This document shows positions 46,840 through 57,393 of a stretch of 64,000 bases of DNA, one piece after another. Source of the DNA: Flavobacterium sp. MedPE-SWcel. GTDB lineage: Bacteria; Bacteroidota; Bacteroidia; Flavobacteriales; Flavobacteriaceae. Numbering within the stretch: the stretch's first letter is position 1; every line of letters begins with the position of its first letter. A program made the position numbers and the translations under genes. The notes under the pieces are model-generated. The model worked only from the letters and a program-made list of their open reading frames with translations, was not told the origin of the DNA and searched no databases. Location of the stretch: the NCBI GenBank assembly GCA_001874325.1, contig MPCW01000011.1, positions 32,519-96,518 of the forward strand. The letters run 5' to 3'.

Positions 46840-49290
46840 CTATTTGGTTACATATACCCACCCAACAATAGGTTTCGGGTATCCAGGTTCATTAAGTTCT
46901 AATACAAAATAATAAGTACCTACAGGTACAGTGTTACCTTGGCTGCCTATTTTTTGTACATCGGCAATACCATCCCAGTCTTTATTGTTATGATTACCTG
47001 TCCAAACAAGATTTCCCCAACGGTTGTATATACTCATTTTAAAATTGTAGAATATATTACGAAGTCCCTCTACAAAAAAGGTGTCGTTATACCCGTCATT
47101 ATTGGGTGTAACATAATTGTAAGTAGTAGGAGGACATTTATTTGTGTATAATAGAAACGAGGTAATGCCATAGCAAGATCCGTTATCTACTCTAATAAAA
47201 ATTTCTTGAGGATTGCTAGTGCTGGTAAACATGGTAGTGTTATAAATAGGGTCACTACCTTGGTTAGCATCAGTACTTGTTGCGTAGAAGTTAACTTCAT
47301 CATCAGGATTAACTTTTAAAAGGTCTTCATAGTCTGAAAAATCGAAAGTACCAATACCAAATCCCTCATCACATGATGTAACATCATCTGGATTTTCTAG
47401 TTCAGGCGATACTAAAAGTATAATTTCGATGCTAGTGTTATTGTTAGTTTCATCGGTTTCGGTAACTATGCCACCTGTTCCATCACCTAAATCATCTACT
47501 ATAAAAGTTAATTCAAAGTTTAAAGAGATGTTATCAGGTATAGTAAGTGTTATTGTGCCAGCTTCGCTATTGCCTATAGCAATGTCTAGTAATGTTTCGG
47601 TATAGTCTATAAATTCTCCGTTAGCATAAATAGATACAGGTGTTCCAGAAGGTAGTATATCAAAACTATCAAAATTATTAATAGTATACTGTACTGTAAT
47701 TACTCTAGAGTTACAAGATTTCCCGATATCTCCTAAATAAACGGTACCATCAGGAAATAAACAATCTACAGCTATTAGGTTAAATTGAGCTGTTGTAAAA
47801 CAGCCATTTTCATCCTCTAAACGTACATATATGGTTTGTGGGTTACTACCGTCTGAAGTATAACTTTCGGGATTGTTAATATTACCTTCTCCATCAATAG
47901 CATTTTGTAAAGAAGTATAAAAAGTTACTATATCGGTAGGGTTGTTTTTTACTAAGTCGATATAATCAGAAAAATCGAAAACACCAATATTAGTGTTATT
48001 ATCTGTTTCGCAAACAGTAATATCCTCTAAGACTTCATCTATTACAGGTGAAATATATAGGGTTTCGTTAATAGTTATACTATTGTTGGTTTCATCGGTT
48101 TCAGTAACTATACCGCCTGTTCCATCGCCTACGTCATCTACTACTACCAAAATTTCATAATTTTCAGGTGTATCACTAGGTAAAGTGATCATAATAGAGC
48201 CACTTTCACTACCTCCAATAGGTATATCATTCATTGTCATCGCTCCTGATACAAAATTACCTTCAATATAAAATGCTATTGGAGTACCGGCGGGTAATAT
48301 TTCAGTACTGTTTATGTTGTATACGGTATAATCAAGTGTTATTATAGAAGAGTTACATTCTTTTGTAATATTATCTATAGTGATTGTTGCATCGGGTAAT
48401 TGACTGTTTAGTTTTGTAATAATTGCATTTACCATTACAAAGTCTTGGGCTGATTCTAATGATATTTCAGCAGTATCATCTCCAATAGCTATATTACTTT
48501 GTATATCATAAATGTCAAGATCCATGTTGTACATTGTTGTAGATCCAGTAACGCTATTAGTACCGTTAAAAGCATTATCTACAGGGTTGAGAGCGTTACT
48601 AAGAGGTGTTCCGTTGATACTTAGGGTTTCGTTGGCAGATAAAGATAAATCTCCTTCCCAGGCAACAAAACCAATTTTAGCACCTTCGTTGTCAATAACA
48701 TTTAAACTAGGAAGTGAAATAGTTATCTCAGTAGGGACATATTGTAAACCATCATAGAGATTAATTTGGTTAAGAGGTAATGATGAGTTTTCATAAAATA
48801 CAATTATAGCCCACCCTCCAAAATTAGTTTTTATATTACAGTATAAAGGATCTGTAATAAAAGTAGTAAGGTCAAGTTCAGAAACAGTATAAGTACCATT
48901 ACCTATTGTCTGTACTTGAGAAGTTACATCTGCAAAGGCACTAAAATAGTGTCGAGTTAATCCATCTGAATTTACTGCACTTAGTGGAAAATCACGTTCT
49001 GCAGTAACAGGTGTGTCATTAAGCATAATATCAAAATCACCTGTTCCTGATCCTGCCCAATATAAATATGCAGCTATGACGGTATCATCAGGATCTAAAT
49101 TTAAATCAGCGGATGAGCTTGTATAAATATCACAGGCTGCAGTTGGGTTGTTTTCTGCAGGGTTAAGAGTATTTCCTACAAAGGTAAAGTCGTAATTCCC
49201 GTTAAATTGCTGGTACAGTGCTATGTCCTGCGATTGGGCAGAATGGATAGTAAAAAGTAATACTATCAGATAGATTAGTTTTTGTTTCAC
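46840..49290 (-). CDS. T9SS type-B CTD surface protein with repeated CARDB-like modules
   Basis: C-terminal TPNNDGYND.F...IYNRWG..V...WDG...GTYYF; acidic internal repeats; likely GTG start 49290 giving a signal peptide (ORF track 49359). Confidence 0.9.
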   Translation of the reverse strand: MKQKLIYLIVLLFTIHSAQSQDIALYQQFNGNYDFTFVGNTLNPAENNPTAACDIYTSSSADLNLDPDDTVIAAYLYWAGSGTGDFDIMLNDTPVTAERDFPLSAVNSDGLTRHYFSAFADVTSQVQTIGNGTYTVSELDLTTFITDPLYCNIKTNFGGWAIIVFYENSSLPLNQINLYDGLQYVPTEITISLPSLNVIDNEGAKIGFVAWEGDLSLSANETLSINGTPLSNALNPVDNAFNGTNSVTGSTTMYNMDLDIYDIQSNIAIGDDTAEISLESAQDFVMVNAIITKLNSQLPDATITIDNITKECNSSIITLDYTVYNINSTEILPAGTPIAFYIEGNFVSGAMTMNDIPIGGSESGSIMITLPSDTPENYEILVVVDDVGDGTGGIVTETDETNNSITINETLYISPVIDEVLEDITVCETDNNTNIGVFDFSDYIDLVKNNPTDIVTFYTSLQNAIDGEGNINNPESYTSDGSNPQTIYVRLEDENGCFTTAQFNLIAVDCLFPDGTVYLGDIGKSCNSRVITVQYTINNFDSFDILPSGTPVSIYANGEFIDYTETLLDIAIGNSEAGTITLTIPDNISLNFELTFIVDDLGDGTGGIVTETDETNNNTSIEIILLVSPELENPDDVTSCDEGFGIGTFDFSDYEDLLKVNPDDEVNFYATSTDANQGSDPIYNTTMFTSTSNPQEIFIRVDNGSCYGITSFLLYTNKCPPTTYNYVTPNNDGYNDTFFVEGLRNIFYNFKMSIYNRWGNLVWTGNHNNKDWDGIADVQKIGSQGNTVPVGTYYFVLELNEPGYPKPIVGWVYVTK

Positions 49291-49459
49291 GTAAGTCAGC
49301 TTTTTTTTGTTTAAAATTAACAAATATTTAATGAAATTAAATATTTTAGATAAAAACAATGTAAGGTTTGTATGATTGTTTATTTAAGAACTTCTATACC
49401 TGATTAAATATTTTATACTTTTACGAAATCAATAAGAGCTTTTATCGACAGTAATTTAT

Positions 49460-50428
49460 ATGTATAGAATAGAAAAATACGATAGCTTATATCATAAAAT
49501 GTGGAACGATTTTGTCGAGAGTTCTAAGAATGGAACATTTCTTTTCCACAGAGATTTTATGGAATATCATAAAGATCGATTTGAGGATTATTCATTGATG
49601 ATATTTGATGAGCAAAAATTAGTGGCTATATTCCCTGCTAATAGAGAGGGTGATACTGTATATTCACATAAAGGCCTTACTTATGGGGGACTAGTATATG
49701 GTAATAAAATAAAGCTTAGCGGAGTTATTAAAATATATAATTCGTTATTAAAATACTTTTATGATAATAACATTGTTACTTTTCACCTAAAGCCAGTGCC
49801 ATCTATTTATCATAAATTACCATCTCAAGAGCAAGAGTATGTAATGTTTCTTATTAATGCTAAGTTGAGTAGGAGAGACGGGTTATCAGTAATTGATAGA
49901 GATGTAATGTTGCCAATAACTAAGTCGAGAAAGGAAGCTATAAAGAGAGGTAAGAAGAAAGATCTTGTAATAATAGAAGAACCTAACTTTAAATTATTCT
50001 GGGAAGAGATTTTAATTCCAAATTTAAAGAAGAAGCATGATTCAGAACCTGTACACACAGCGTTAGAAATGGAGTATTTGTATAAAAAGTTTCCAGAGCA
50101 GATAAGACATTTTAATGTATACCATAATAATAAAATTGTAGCAGGTACTACTATGTTTATTACAGATACTGTTGCGCATCCACAATATATATCAGGACAG
50201 GAAGATAAAAATACTCTAGGTAGTCTTGATTATTTATATGATTATCTTATAAACTTGTTTTCAGATAAAAAGTATTTTGATTTTGGACCTTCTACCGAAG
50301 AACAGGGAAGAAAGTTAAATGAAGGTATTCTTTTCTGGAAAGAAAGCTTTGGGGCTAGAACTATGATTCAAGATTTTTATGAAGTAAATACTACTAACCC
50401 TCATCTTTTAGATGATACTTTACAATAA
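49460..50428 (+). CDS. GNAT/FemAB-like acyltransferase
   Basis: NGTFLF.RDFM.YH, SH.GLTYGG, FDFG.S, WKESFGAR. Confidence 0.82.
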   Translation: MYRIEKYDSLYHKMWNDFVESSKNGTFLFHRDFMEYHKDRFEDYSLMIFDEQKLVAIFPANREGDTVYSHKGLTYGGLVYGNKIKLSGVIKIYNSLLKYFYDNNIVTFHLKPVPSIYHKLPSQEQEYVMFLINAKLSRRDGLSVIDRDVMLPITKSRKEAIKRGKKKDLVIIEEPNFKLFWEEILIPNLKKKHDSEPVHTALEMEYLYKKFPEQIRHFNVYHNNKIVAGTTMFITDTVAHPQYISGQEDKNTLGSLDYLYDYLINLFSDKKYFDFGPSTEEQGRKLNEGILFWKESFGARTMIQDFYEVNTTNPHLLDDTLQ

Positions 50429-50443
50429 ACGGTATCTTTAATA

Positions 50444-51928
50444 ATGTCAGAAAATAGAACAACATATAAGGCAATTTTTAAAGCTACGTCATTATTTGGT
50501 TCAGTCCATATTGTGAATGTTATTATTTCGATAATAAGATCAAAATTCTTAGCTATTTTGATTGGGCCAGAAGGTTATGGTATTTTTGGGTTGCTAAATT
50601 CTACTGTTGATATTGTAAGAAGAGCATTAGGGTTGAGTATTGAAACTAGTGGAGTAAAGAAAATATCCCAAGCTTATACAAGTAAAAATCAAAAGAGTAT
50701 TGTTAAAGAATCTACAATAATATTTTGGATTGCAATTATAACTGGCTTTTTAGGAAGTATAATATCAGTTCTTTTTTCTAAACAATTGAGTTATTTTACG
50801 TTTGGAGATTATAATATGACAATGGCCATTGCTCTTGTAGGGGTTACAATTCTATTTAAACAACTAACAGAGGCTCAGTCAGCTATTATGCAAGGGGTGA
50901 CGAAATTGAAATTTTTGGCAAAGTCGGGTTTATATGGTAATGTTATTGGTTTATTTATTACTTTACCTTTGTTTTATTTATTTGGTTTGGATGCCATTGT
51001 TCCTGCAATTATTATATCTTCATTTTTGAATTACTTAGTGTCTTACTTTTATTTTCGAAGATTGAAAATAAAAGTATCATTGAACTTTTCTACTAGAGTT
51101 TTAAAGGAAGGGAAAGAAATTATAGTATTTGGAGGGCTATTAACATTAGGTTCTTTTTTACCTGTTCTTGTAAATTATTTGATGCAAATTTATATACGTT
51201 ATTTAGGGGATATTGAATCTGTGGGTTTGTTTAGTGTAGGGCTTGTAATGTTAAATGCATATGTTGGAGTAATTTTTATAGCAATGAGTACTGAATACTA
51301 CCCTAGACTTGCAGGGTTTAATAAAAATATTAAACTAGAGAATGAGGCAGTAAATCAACAGGCTATTGTTTCGATGTTAATTATTGTTCCGGTAATTGTT
51401 GGTTTTCTTTTTTTTAAGGATTTGGTTATAAAGTTGCTTTTTTCAAAAGATTTTATTTTAGTCTTGCCTATGCTTGTTTGGGCTGTGCCAGCAATGCTTT
51501 TTAAAGCAGTATCTTGGTCATTAGGATATTTGATTATAGCTCGTGCTGATTCTGCTGTTTTTGTGAAAACAGCAGTTGTTTATAATGCTATTTATTTTGT
51601 ATTATGTGCAGGAGGGTATTACTTTGGAGAGATGAAAGGACTAGGGATAGGGCTATGTATATTCTACTTTCTACATCTGGTAGGGAATTATATTGTTACC
51701 AGCTTGAGGTATGGAGTACAATGTTCGAGAGTACTCATTAAAATTTTTATTATTAGTTTTTTATTATGTTCATTGAGTTTTTTGTTATGTGATTTAGAAA
51801 ATTTAATTTACAGATATTTAACATTCATAGTCATATTTTCGATAACAATTTTTTACTCTTATTATGAAATAGATAAGAGGATTGATGTGAAAAGTTTATT
51901 AGCAAAATATATTAAAAAGAAAAAGTAG
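50444..51928 (+). CDS. wzx: Wzx-type polysaccharide flippase (O-antigen translocase)
   Basis: About 12-14 TM helices; R.K.LAI.IGP.G.G, YYPRL. Confidence 0.85.
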   Translation: MSENRTTYKAIFKATSLFGSVHIVNVIISIIRSKFLAILIGPEGYGIFGLLNSTVDIVRRALGLSIETSGVKKISQAYTSKNQKSIVKESTIIFWIAIITGFLGSIISVLFSKQLSYFTFGDYNMTMAIALVGVTILFKQLTEAQSAIMQGVTKLKFLAKSGLYGNVIGLFITLPLFYLFGLDAIVPAIIISSFLNYLVSYFYFRRLKIKVSLNFSTRVLKEGKEIIVFGGLLTLGSFLPVLVNYLMQIYIRYLGDIESVGLFSVGLVMLNAYVGVIFIAMSTEYYPRLAGFNKNIKLENEAVNQQAIVSMLIIVPVIVGFLFFKDLVIKLLFSKDFILVLPMLVWAVPAMLFKAVSWSLGYLIIARADSAVFVKTAVVYNAIYFVLCAGGYYFGEMKGLGIGLCIFYFLHLVGNYIVTSLRYGVQCSRVLIKIFIISFLLCSLSFLLCDLENLIYRYLTFIVIFSITIFYSYYEIDKRIDVKSLLAKYIKKKK

Positions 51929-52681
51929 ATGAAAAGTCTTAAGAAAATATATTTAAGGTTTTATAAACAGTATCATAAGCTTCGGTTTTACATGAAAATA
52001 AATTGGGTCAAGACTCTTTATTTTAATTTCAAGAAATTCCCTTTCTCTATTGCGAAAAAACTTCCTGTTTTTTTTTATGGTAAAGTAAAGTTTCAAGATA
52101 TAGGAGGAGAAGTAGTTATAGATGCACCTATAAAAAGGGGGATGGTTGGGTTTGGCCAGCCTTATGAGAAAATGACAGTACATAAAGGTACGGCTGAAAT
52201 AGCTATAAGCGGTAAACTATTATTTAAAGGTCATGTTCAATTTGGTAAAGATTATTTTTTATTTGTGAAAGAAGGGGCTGTAGCACAATTTGGACATATG
52301 GCATCTATGGCAACAGGAGGGAAGGTTATATGTACGCATAAAGTTACGTTAGGAGACTATGCACGTATAGGTTCAGAATCACAAATAATAGATACAAACT
52401 TTCATCCTATGATAGATACTGTAACAGGAGAAAAGTTCCCGATGACAGCTTCTATTCGATTGGGTGATTATAATTATATTGGTAATAGGGTCTCAATAAT
52501 GTTAGGAACAACTACCCCTGATTATTGCACTGTAGCTTCTAATACTTTATGTAATAAAGATTATTCAGAGTATGGTAATAACGTACTTATAGGTGGAATT
52601 CCTGCTAAACTTTTAAGAGAAAATACATCTAGAGATTGGGAATACGAAAAAGAATTATTAAATAAATGGTTAATAGTGTAG
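51929..52681 (+). CDS. Hexapeptide-repeat acyltransferase
   Basis: IIDTNFH, I.LGD..YIG, IGGIPAKL. Confidence 0.85.
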   Translation: MKSLKKIYLRFYKQYHKLRFYMKINWVKTLYFNFKKFPFSIAKKLPVFFYGKVKFQDIGGEVVIDAPIKRGMVGFGQPYEKMTVHKGTAEIAISGKLLFKGHVQFGKDYFLFVKEGAVAQFGHMASMATGGKVICTHKVTLGDYARIGSESQIIDTNFHPMIDTVTGEKFPMTASIRLGDYNYIGNRVSIMLGTTTPDYCTVASNTLCNKDYSEYGNNVLIGGIPAKLLRENTSRDWEYEKELLNKWLIV

Positions 52682-52715
52682 ATGCTTATTCACTAATTAA
52701 ATCGTAAAGGAGGTT

Positions 52716-54242
52716 TTATTTTTTATATACTCTTATGGTTAAGTTTGTCTCTTTATACATTTCCCGTTGTTCAATATTACACCCCTCAAAAAGATAACCA
52801 TTATAATTATGGAAATAAGGCTTTTCTAGTAATAAGCTCATATTGTTGTTAGGGGTGTATTTATGATATAAATTTTTGTCATTAAAAGGGTGGTAGTAAC
52901 AAGCATTAACGATAATTACTTTTTTATCAGGGTTGTTGATACTTATGTTGTTTTTTTCCTGTGCATACTCGAGCATGTTTTTAAGAAGGGGGTATTCACA
53001 TACTTCTTCAAGTTCATACCCTGGATTATCTTTAATAATATTCCACGCTATATCTTGGGGGTAAGCATAACTTTTATATTCAATTAAATTAAAGATAAAA
53101 GTAAGTGTGATTATGCTTGATATGGTTAGAACTATTATTTGTTTGTATTTAATGTTTTGTAATAAGTACCATAAAGAATATGTTGTAATGAGAGCAAGTA
53201 TAAAGAAAAACTGATGAAGTAGCCTACCATACCAAATCATTTTATGGAAAAAGTAACCAGCGCTAGCATAAGCAATGAATAGAAGAGCTGTAATTATAAA
53301 TAATTTATGAATGGCTGTAAGTTTCTCATATTTGAATATTTTATAAAATAACCCCCCTATAAATATGACTATACCAATTATTATTATAATGCCAGTTATA
53401 GATTCTACATTATATAAATATTTAAACAAAAAACTAAAGCCTTCATTAAAGTCACCTTGTGTAATAGTTTTTGATAGTGTAATAGAGTCTTGTATATAAG
53501 ATGTGCCACCTATACGTGCAATAATTTCAAAAAACAAAAGGCAAAGTACACTACCAATACCATAAAATACACCATATTTAATCCTTTGTTTGAAATTATC
53601 TTTAGTTACTTTATTTATCATAAACATAAGAAAAACTAGTGTGAATAATAGTATATACCCTGGGTATACTACATAGCCAAAGAATGCTATAAAACCTAAT
53701 ATTAAAGCCTTCTTTATGCTAAAAGTATCGTCTCTTGTTATTTTTAATATTTGTAATAAAACATAGCTCATTATTAATAAACTACAATCATAAGGAAGTG
53801 TATGACGAATATAAATATATCCATTGACTAGACAACAGTATAGTAGTATGCTGAATAAAGCAAGAATGGTATTGTTAAGTAGTAGTTTAGCTATTTTATA
53901 TAAGCTTAATAATATAAGACAGTATATTAAAAAATTAAAAAGAAATAATGGGTAGGAGTTTTTACTCTCATAGGTTTCCATTCCAAATACTTCAGCAGTT
54001 ATATATTGTAATGCTGAGGGTATTGTTTTTATAAGGGTCTCCCCAGGTCGAGCTTGAGTTTCATTAAGGCTCTTGGCAGCTTCTTTAATGTCAAGATGTG
54101 CGATGTTTTCGAGAACTTTTCCAGAGGGAATATAACGTACTTCATCAGGGAAAGTCATAAAACCTTCTCCTATAAGACTAAGTTTTGCTAATGTGATTAG
54201 TATAATTACAATTAGTAAAATTTTAGAGGTATATTTTTCCAA
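52716..54242 (-). CDS. Polytopic membrane protein, GT-C (ArnT/PMT-like) glycosyltransferase candidate
   Basis: PDE.RY after the first TM, RPG motif, about 11 TM helices, soluble C-terminal domain. Confidence 0.65.
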   Translation of the reverse strand: MEKYTSKILLIVIILITLAKLSLIGEGFMTFPDEVRYIPSGKVLENIAHLDIKEAAKSLNETQARPGETLIKTIPSALQYITAEVFGMETYESKNSYPLFLFNFLIYCLILLSLYKIAKLLLNNTILALFSILLYCCLVNGYIYIRHTLPYDCSLLIMSYVLLQILKITRDDTFSIKKALILGFIAFFGYVVYPGYILLFTLVFLMFMINKVTKDNFKQRIKYGVFYGIGSVLCLLFFEIIARIGGTSYIQDSITLSKTITQGDFNEGFSFLFKYLYNVESITGIIIIIGIVIFIGGLFYKIFKYEKLTAIHKLFIITALLFIAYASAGYFFHKMIWYGRLLHQFFFILALITTYSLWYLLQNIKYKQIIVLTISSIITLTFIFNLIEYKSYAYPQDIAWNIIKDNPGYELEEVCEYPLLKNMLEYAQEKNNISINNPDKKVIIVNACYYHPFNDKNLYHKYTPNNNMSLLLEKPYFHNYNGYLFEGCNIEQREMYKETNLTIRVYKK

Positions 54243-54258
54243 AGTACTTAGTGTGTTT

Positions 54259-54978
54259 TTATTTTAATTTTAAAAAACTATATTTCATAATGCAATATAG
54301 TGCGCGAAAACCGTCTTTCCAGTTTATTTTTTTCCCTTCAGCATAAGTACGTCCATAATAAGATATTCCTACTTCATAAATACGAATGTTTTTTATTCGG
54401 CTTATTTTAGCAGTAACTTCAGGTTCAAAACCAAATCTTTTTTCATGTAGAGGTATATTTTGAATAATTTCACGTTTAAACATTTTATAACAGGTTTCCA
54501 TATCTGTTAGGTTTAAATTATTAAACATGTTTGATGTGAAAGTAAGAAAGTGATTACCTATGGTGTGCCAAAAGAAGAGAATACGGTGTGCATTTCCTCC
54601 CATAAATCGAGAACCATATACTACATCAGCATGGCCGTTAAGTATAGGTTTTAGTAAGATGTTATACTCCTCAGGGTCATATTCAAGATCAGCATCTTGT
54701 ATAATAAGAATATCACCAGAAGCATTTTTTATACCAGTATGTAATGCTGCTCCCTTTCCTCGATTTTTATCATGTTTTAAATACTGTATATTCATTTTAG
54801 GGTTAGCAGTAATATATGCTAAAATCTGTTCCTCAGTAGTGTCAGTAGAACAATCATTAACTAAAATAACTTCTTTATTAAGATCATTTAGTAGTACAAC
54901 TTCTTTTACTTTGTTTAAGATAAGGTGAATGGTAGCAGCTTCATTATAAGCTGGTATTATTATAGAAAGTTTTTTCAT
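54259..54978 (-). CDS. Polyprenol-phosphate glycosyltransferase (DPM1-like GT2)
   Basis: IIIPAYNE, GKGAA, QDADLEYDP, VYGSRF, DMETCYK, FGFEPE; likely start 54978 (ORF track 54993). Confidence 0.9.
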   Translation of the reverse strand: MKKLSIIIPAYNEAATIHLILNKVKEVVLLNDLNKEVILVNDCSTDTTEEQILAYITANPKMNIQYLKHDKNRGKGAALHTGIKNASGDILIIQDADLEYDPEEYNILLKPILNGHADVVYGSRFMGGNAHRILFFWHTIGNHFLTFTSNMFNNLNLTDMETCYKMFKREIIQNIPLHEKRFGFEPEVTAKISRIKNIRIYEVGISYYGRTYAEGKKINWKDGFRALYCIMKYSFLKLK

Positions 54979-56120
54979 GTATTTTTTTTCCAAGTATCAA
55001 GATATTCTTTTGCAATTTTAATATAATTATGCTCTTTTTCAATAAAAAGATGCGCTCTTTTACTAATTTCTGTAATTTTTTCAGGATTCTCAATTAAATA
55101 AGAAAGTTCCTTTACAATAGAATCAGTATTAGGCAGTGCATTAATAGCAACAGGTTTTTTTAAGTTATAATGAGTGTTAAACTCTTCTTCGGCACCTGTA
55201 AAAACCACTTTTCCTTTTGCCATAGCCTCAAGCGCATTATAACCTTGATCATAGGCATATACTTGATCTAATAATATATGGGCACGATTATAAAGCTTTA
55301 TATACTCATTATATGGTATATTCTCAGTGGTTATAATTTCAACTTTATCGTTGTATTTCTTTTGAATAATTTTTAAAGCCTCTTCAAAAAAATGTATTCC
55401 TTTTTTTAAGTAACTAAGCCTATTGATGCCTAAAAATATGACAATTTTATCGTGAACTATAGGTTGATTGTACTTTATTTTATCGGTATTTATAGGGTTT
55501 GGTATAAAACGAGTAGTATACCCCATATTTTGCATAGGCAATTCGTAATCAAGGTCAGAGGTTATTAATACATTTGATTGTGCTTTAACCCATTCAAACA
55601 AATTTCTGTAATTATTTTGTGTATACTTTAGCGAATACTGAAATAAGTTTTTCAGTTTTTGATTTTCTAAATAAGGTGATAATACAGAGTATTTAGGTGA
55701 TTTTGTTAAATTGTAATCTATTATAGGAGTTTCATCTCCACACACTAAGAGACTTATTTGTTCATTTTGTTTTAGTAATTTTTTATATAGAGATATCTCA
55801 AATTTTGGATGTGTTTCTAAAGCATCAGAATTAATGAGCTGTATATGGTTATATCCTTTTAATTTTGAGAGCAAGAAATAGAAACGTATTCCTTGTTCAG
55901 TCATCTCTAAGTTAACCTTTGTAATTCTATAAAATATTTTTTTTGTGATTTTACCTATAAAAGTACTTTTAAAGAATTTAGGAAATATAGTATGATCTAC
56001 ATTGTATTTTTTGAAATCATCACCAGATCCAATAATAGTTACTTCATGACCAAGAGTAATAAGTCCCTCTTTTAGTGAATTGTGAAGTCTACTATATTCG
56101 CCAATTAAAAGTATTTTCAT
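54975..56120 (-). CDS. Glycosyltransferase, GT-B/GT4-like
   Basis: MKILLIGEYS, KG, DQ, GYNALEAMAKG. Confidence 0.85.
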   Translation of the reverse strand: MKILLIGEYSRLHNSLKEGLITLGHEVTIIGSGDDFKKYNVDHTIFPKFFKSTFIGKITKKIFYRITKVNLEMTEQGIRFYFLLSKLKGYNHIQLINSDALETHPKFEISLYKKLLKQNEQISLLVCGDETPIIDYNLTKSPKYSVLSPYLENQKLKNLFQYSLKYTQNNYRNLFEWVKAQSNVLITSDLDYELPMQNMGYTTRFIPNPINTDKIKYNQPIVHDKIVIFLGINRLSYLKKGIHFFEEALKIIQKKYNDKVEIITTENIPYNEYIKLYNRAHILLDQVYAYDQGYNALEAMAKGKVVFTGAEEEFNTHYNLKKPVAINALPNTDSIVKELSYLIENPEKITEISKRAHLFIEKEHNYIKIAKEYLDTWKKNT

Positions 56121-56156
56121 TCGGAAGCAGGTAAATTTTTATATTTGTGTAAATAT

Positions 56157-56996
56157 ATGAACATTTTGCAAGGCAATGAATTTAAAAAATCGGATATAAC
56201 ACTACTTGTAGCTACAATGAATAGGAACAGTATTGATTTTTTAATTCCAATGTTTCCTTTTGCTCATTATACAAAATTTAGTATTGTAGTTATCAATCAA
56301 ACCACTCCAGATAATTTAATAAAGTCATCTCATTCGTCTGTAAAAGTGATTAATGTATTTGAAAAAGGGCTTTCTAAGAGTAGAAACCTTGCTTTAGATA
56401 ATACAAATAGTAAATTGTGCGTTATAACGGATGATGATATTATCTTTAAAAAGGACTTCGAAACCCATATATTAAACACTTATAATGCAATACCTAATGC
56501 TGCTTTGATAAGTTTTAGAGTAGAGAATAAATTAGGTGACTTATATAAAAAATATCCTGATTGTAGGAAAGAAAAATTAAACCATATTGATCGTTTAAAT
56601 ATTATGTCGGTAGAAATGGTGCTTAATAAATCAATTATAGACAAATATAATATTCGTTTTAATGAACAATTTGGACTAGGCGCTAAATTTGGAATGGGAG
56701 AGGAAGCGATACTTGTTAATCAACTTTATAAAAATGAATTAGAGGTTGTTATAGAGCCAAAAGTGATAGTGACTCATTTAGAAGAAACAACCCATACTAA
56801 GGTCTCACTTGAAGATAAATACTATATACAAGGGGCACTTTTTACAGCACTTTTTAATAAGAAATATTTATTATGGGTACTTTTAAAAATATTTTTCGAA
56901 ACTAAACAGGGTAAAATTAGAATTAACCAAATCTGGAAGGCAATACATAGAGCAATTGCTGGACGAAAAGATTTTTTACAATTACATGAAAACTAA
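56157..56996 (+). CDS. Glycosyltransferase family 2
   Basis: ATMNR, GLSKSRN, TDDD, FGLG..F..GEE. TATATTTG at 56140-56147 overlaps the ORF-track start 56145, so ATG 56157 is preferred. Confidence 0.85.
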   Translation: MNILQGNEFKKSDITLLVATMNRNSIDFLIPMFPFAHYTKFSIVVINQTTPDNLIKSSHSSVKVINVFEKGLSKSRNLALDNTNSKLCVITDDDIIFKKDFETHILNTYNAIPNAALISFRVENKLGDLYKKYPDCRKEKLNHIDRLNIMSVEMVLNKSIIDKYNIRFNEQFGLGAKFGMGEEAILVNQLYKNELEVVIEPKVIVTHLEETTHTKVSLEDKYYIQGALFTALFNKKYLLWVLLKIFFETKQGKIRINQIWKAIHRAIAGRKDFLQLHEN

Positions 56997-57393
56997 AACA
57001 AATAACGCTACTATAATATCATTGCCTAAGATAGAAGATCCTAGAGGGAATCTTTCGGTTATAGAAGGGAATATATTACCTTATGATGTAAAACGAGTTT
57101 ATTATCTTTATGATGTGCCTAGTGGGGCGGAACGAGGAGGACATTCACATATTGATCAACAAGAGTTTTTGATTGCTTTAAGTGGTAGTTTTGAAGTAAC
57201 GGTTAATAATGGAGAAGATGAAGAATTGTTTATGTTGAATCGACCAAATCAAGGACTTCTTATTCCTAGAGGACTTTGGAGAGAACTTAAGAATTTTTCT
57301 TCAGGGGCAGTATGTTTAGTTGTAGCATCAGATGTTTTTAAAGAAGAGGATTATATAAGAGATTTTAATACGTTTTTAGAATCTAAGAAATGA
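56986..57393 (+). CDS. dTDP-4-keto-6-deoxyhexose 3,4-ketoisomerase (FdtA/QdtA/WxcM cupin)
   Basis: DPRGNL, KRVYYLYDVP, RGGHSH, YIRD; ATG 56986 (ORF track 56956). Confidence 0.92.
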   Translation: MKTKTNNATIISLPKIEDPRGNLSVIEGNILPYDVKRVYYLYDVPSGAERGGHSHIDQQEFLIALSGSFEVTVNNGEDEELFMLNRPNQGLLIPRGLWRELKNFSSGAVCLVVASDVFKEEDYIRDFNTFLESKK

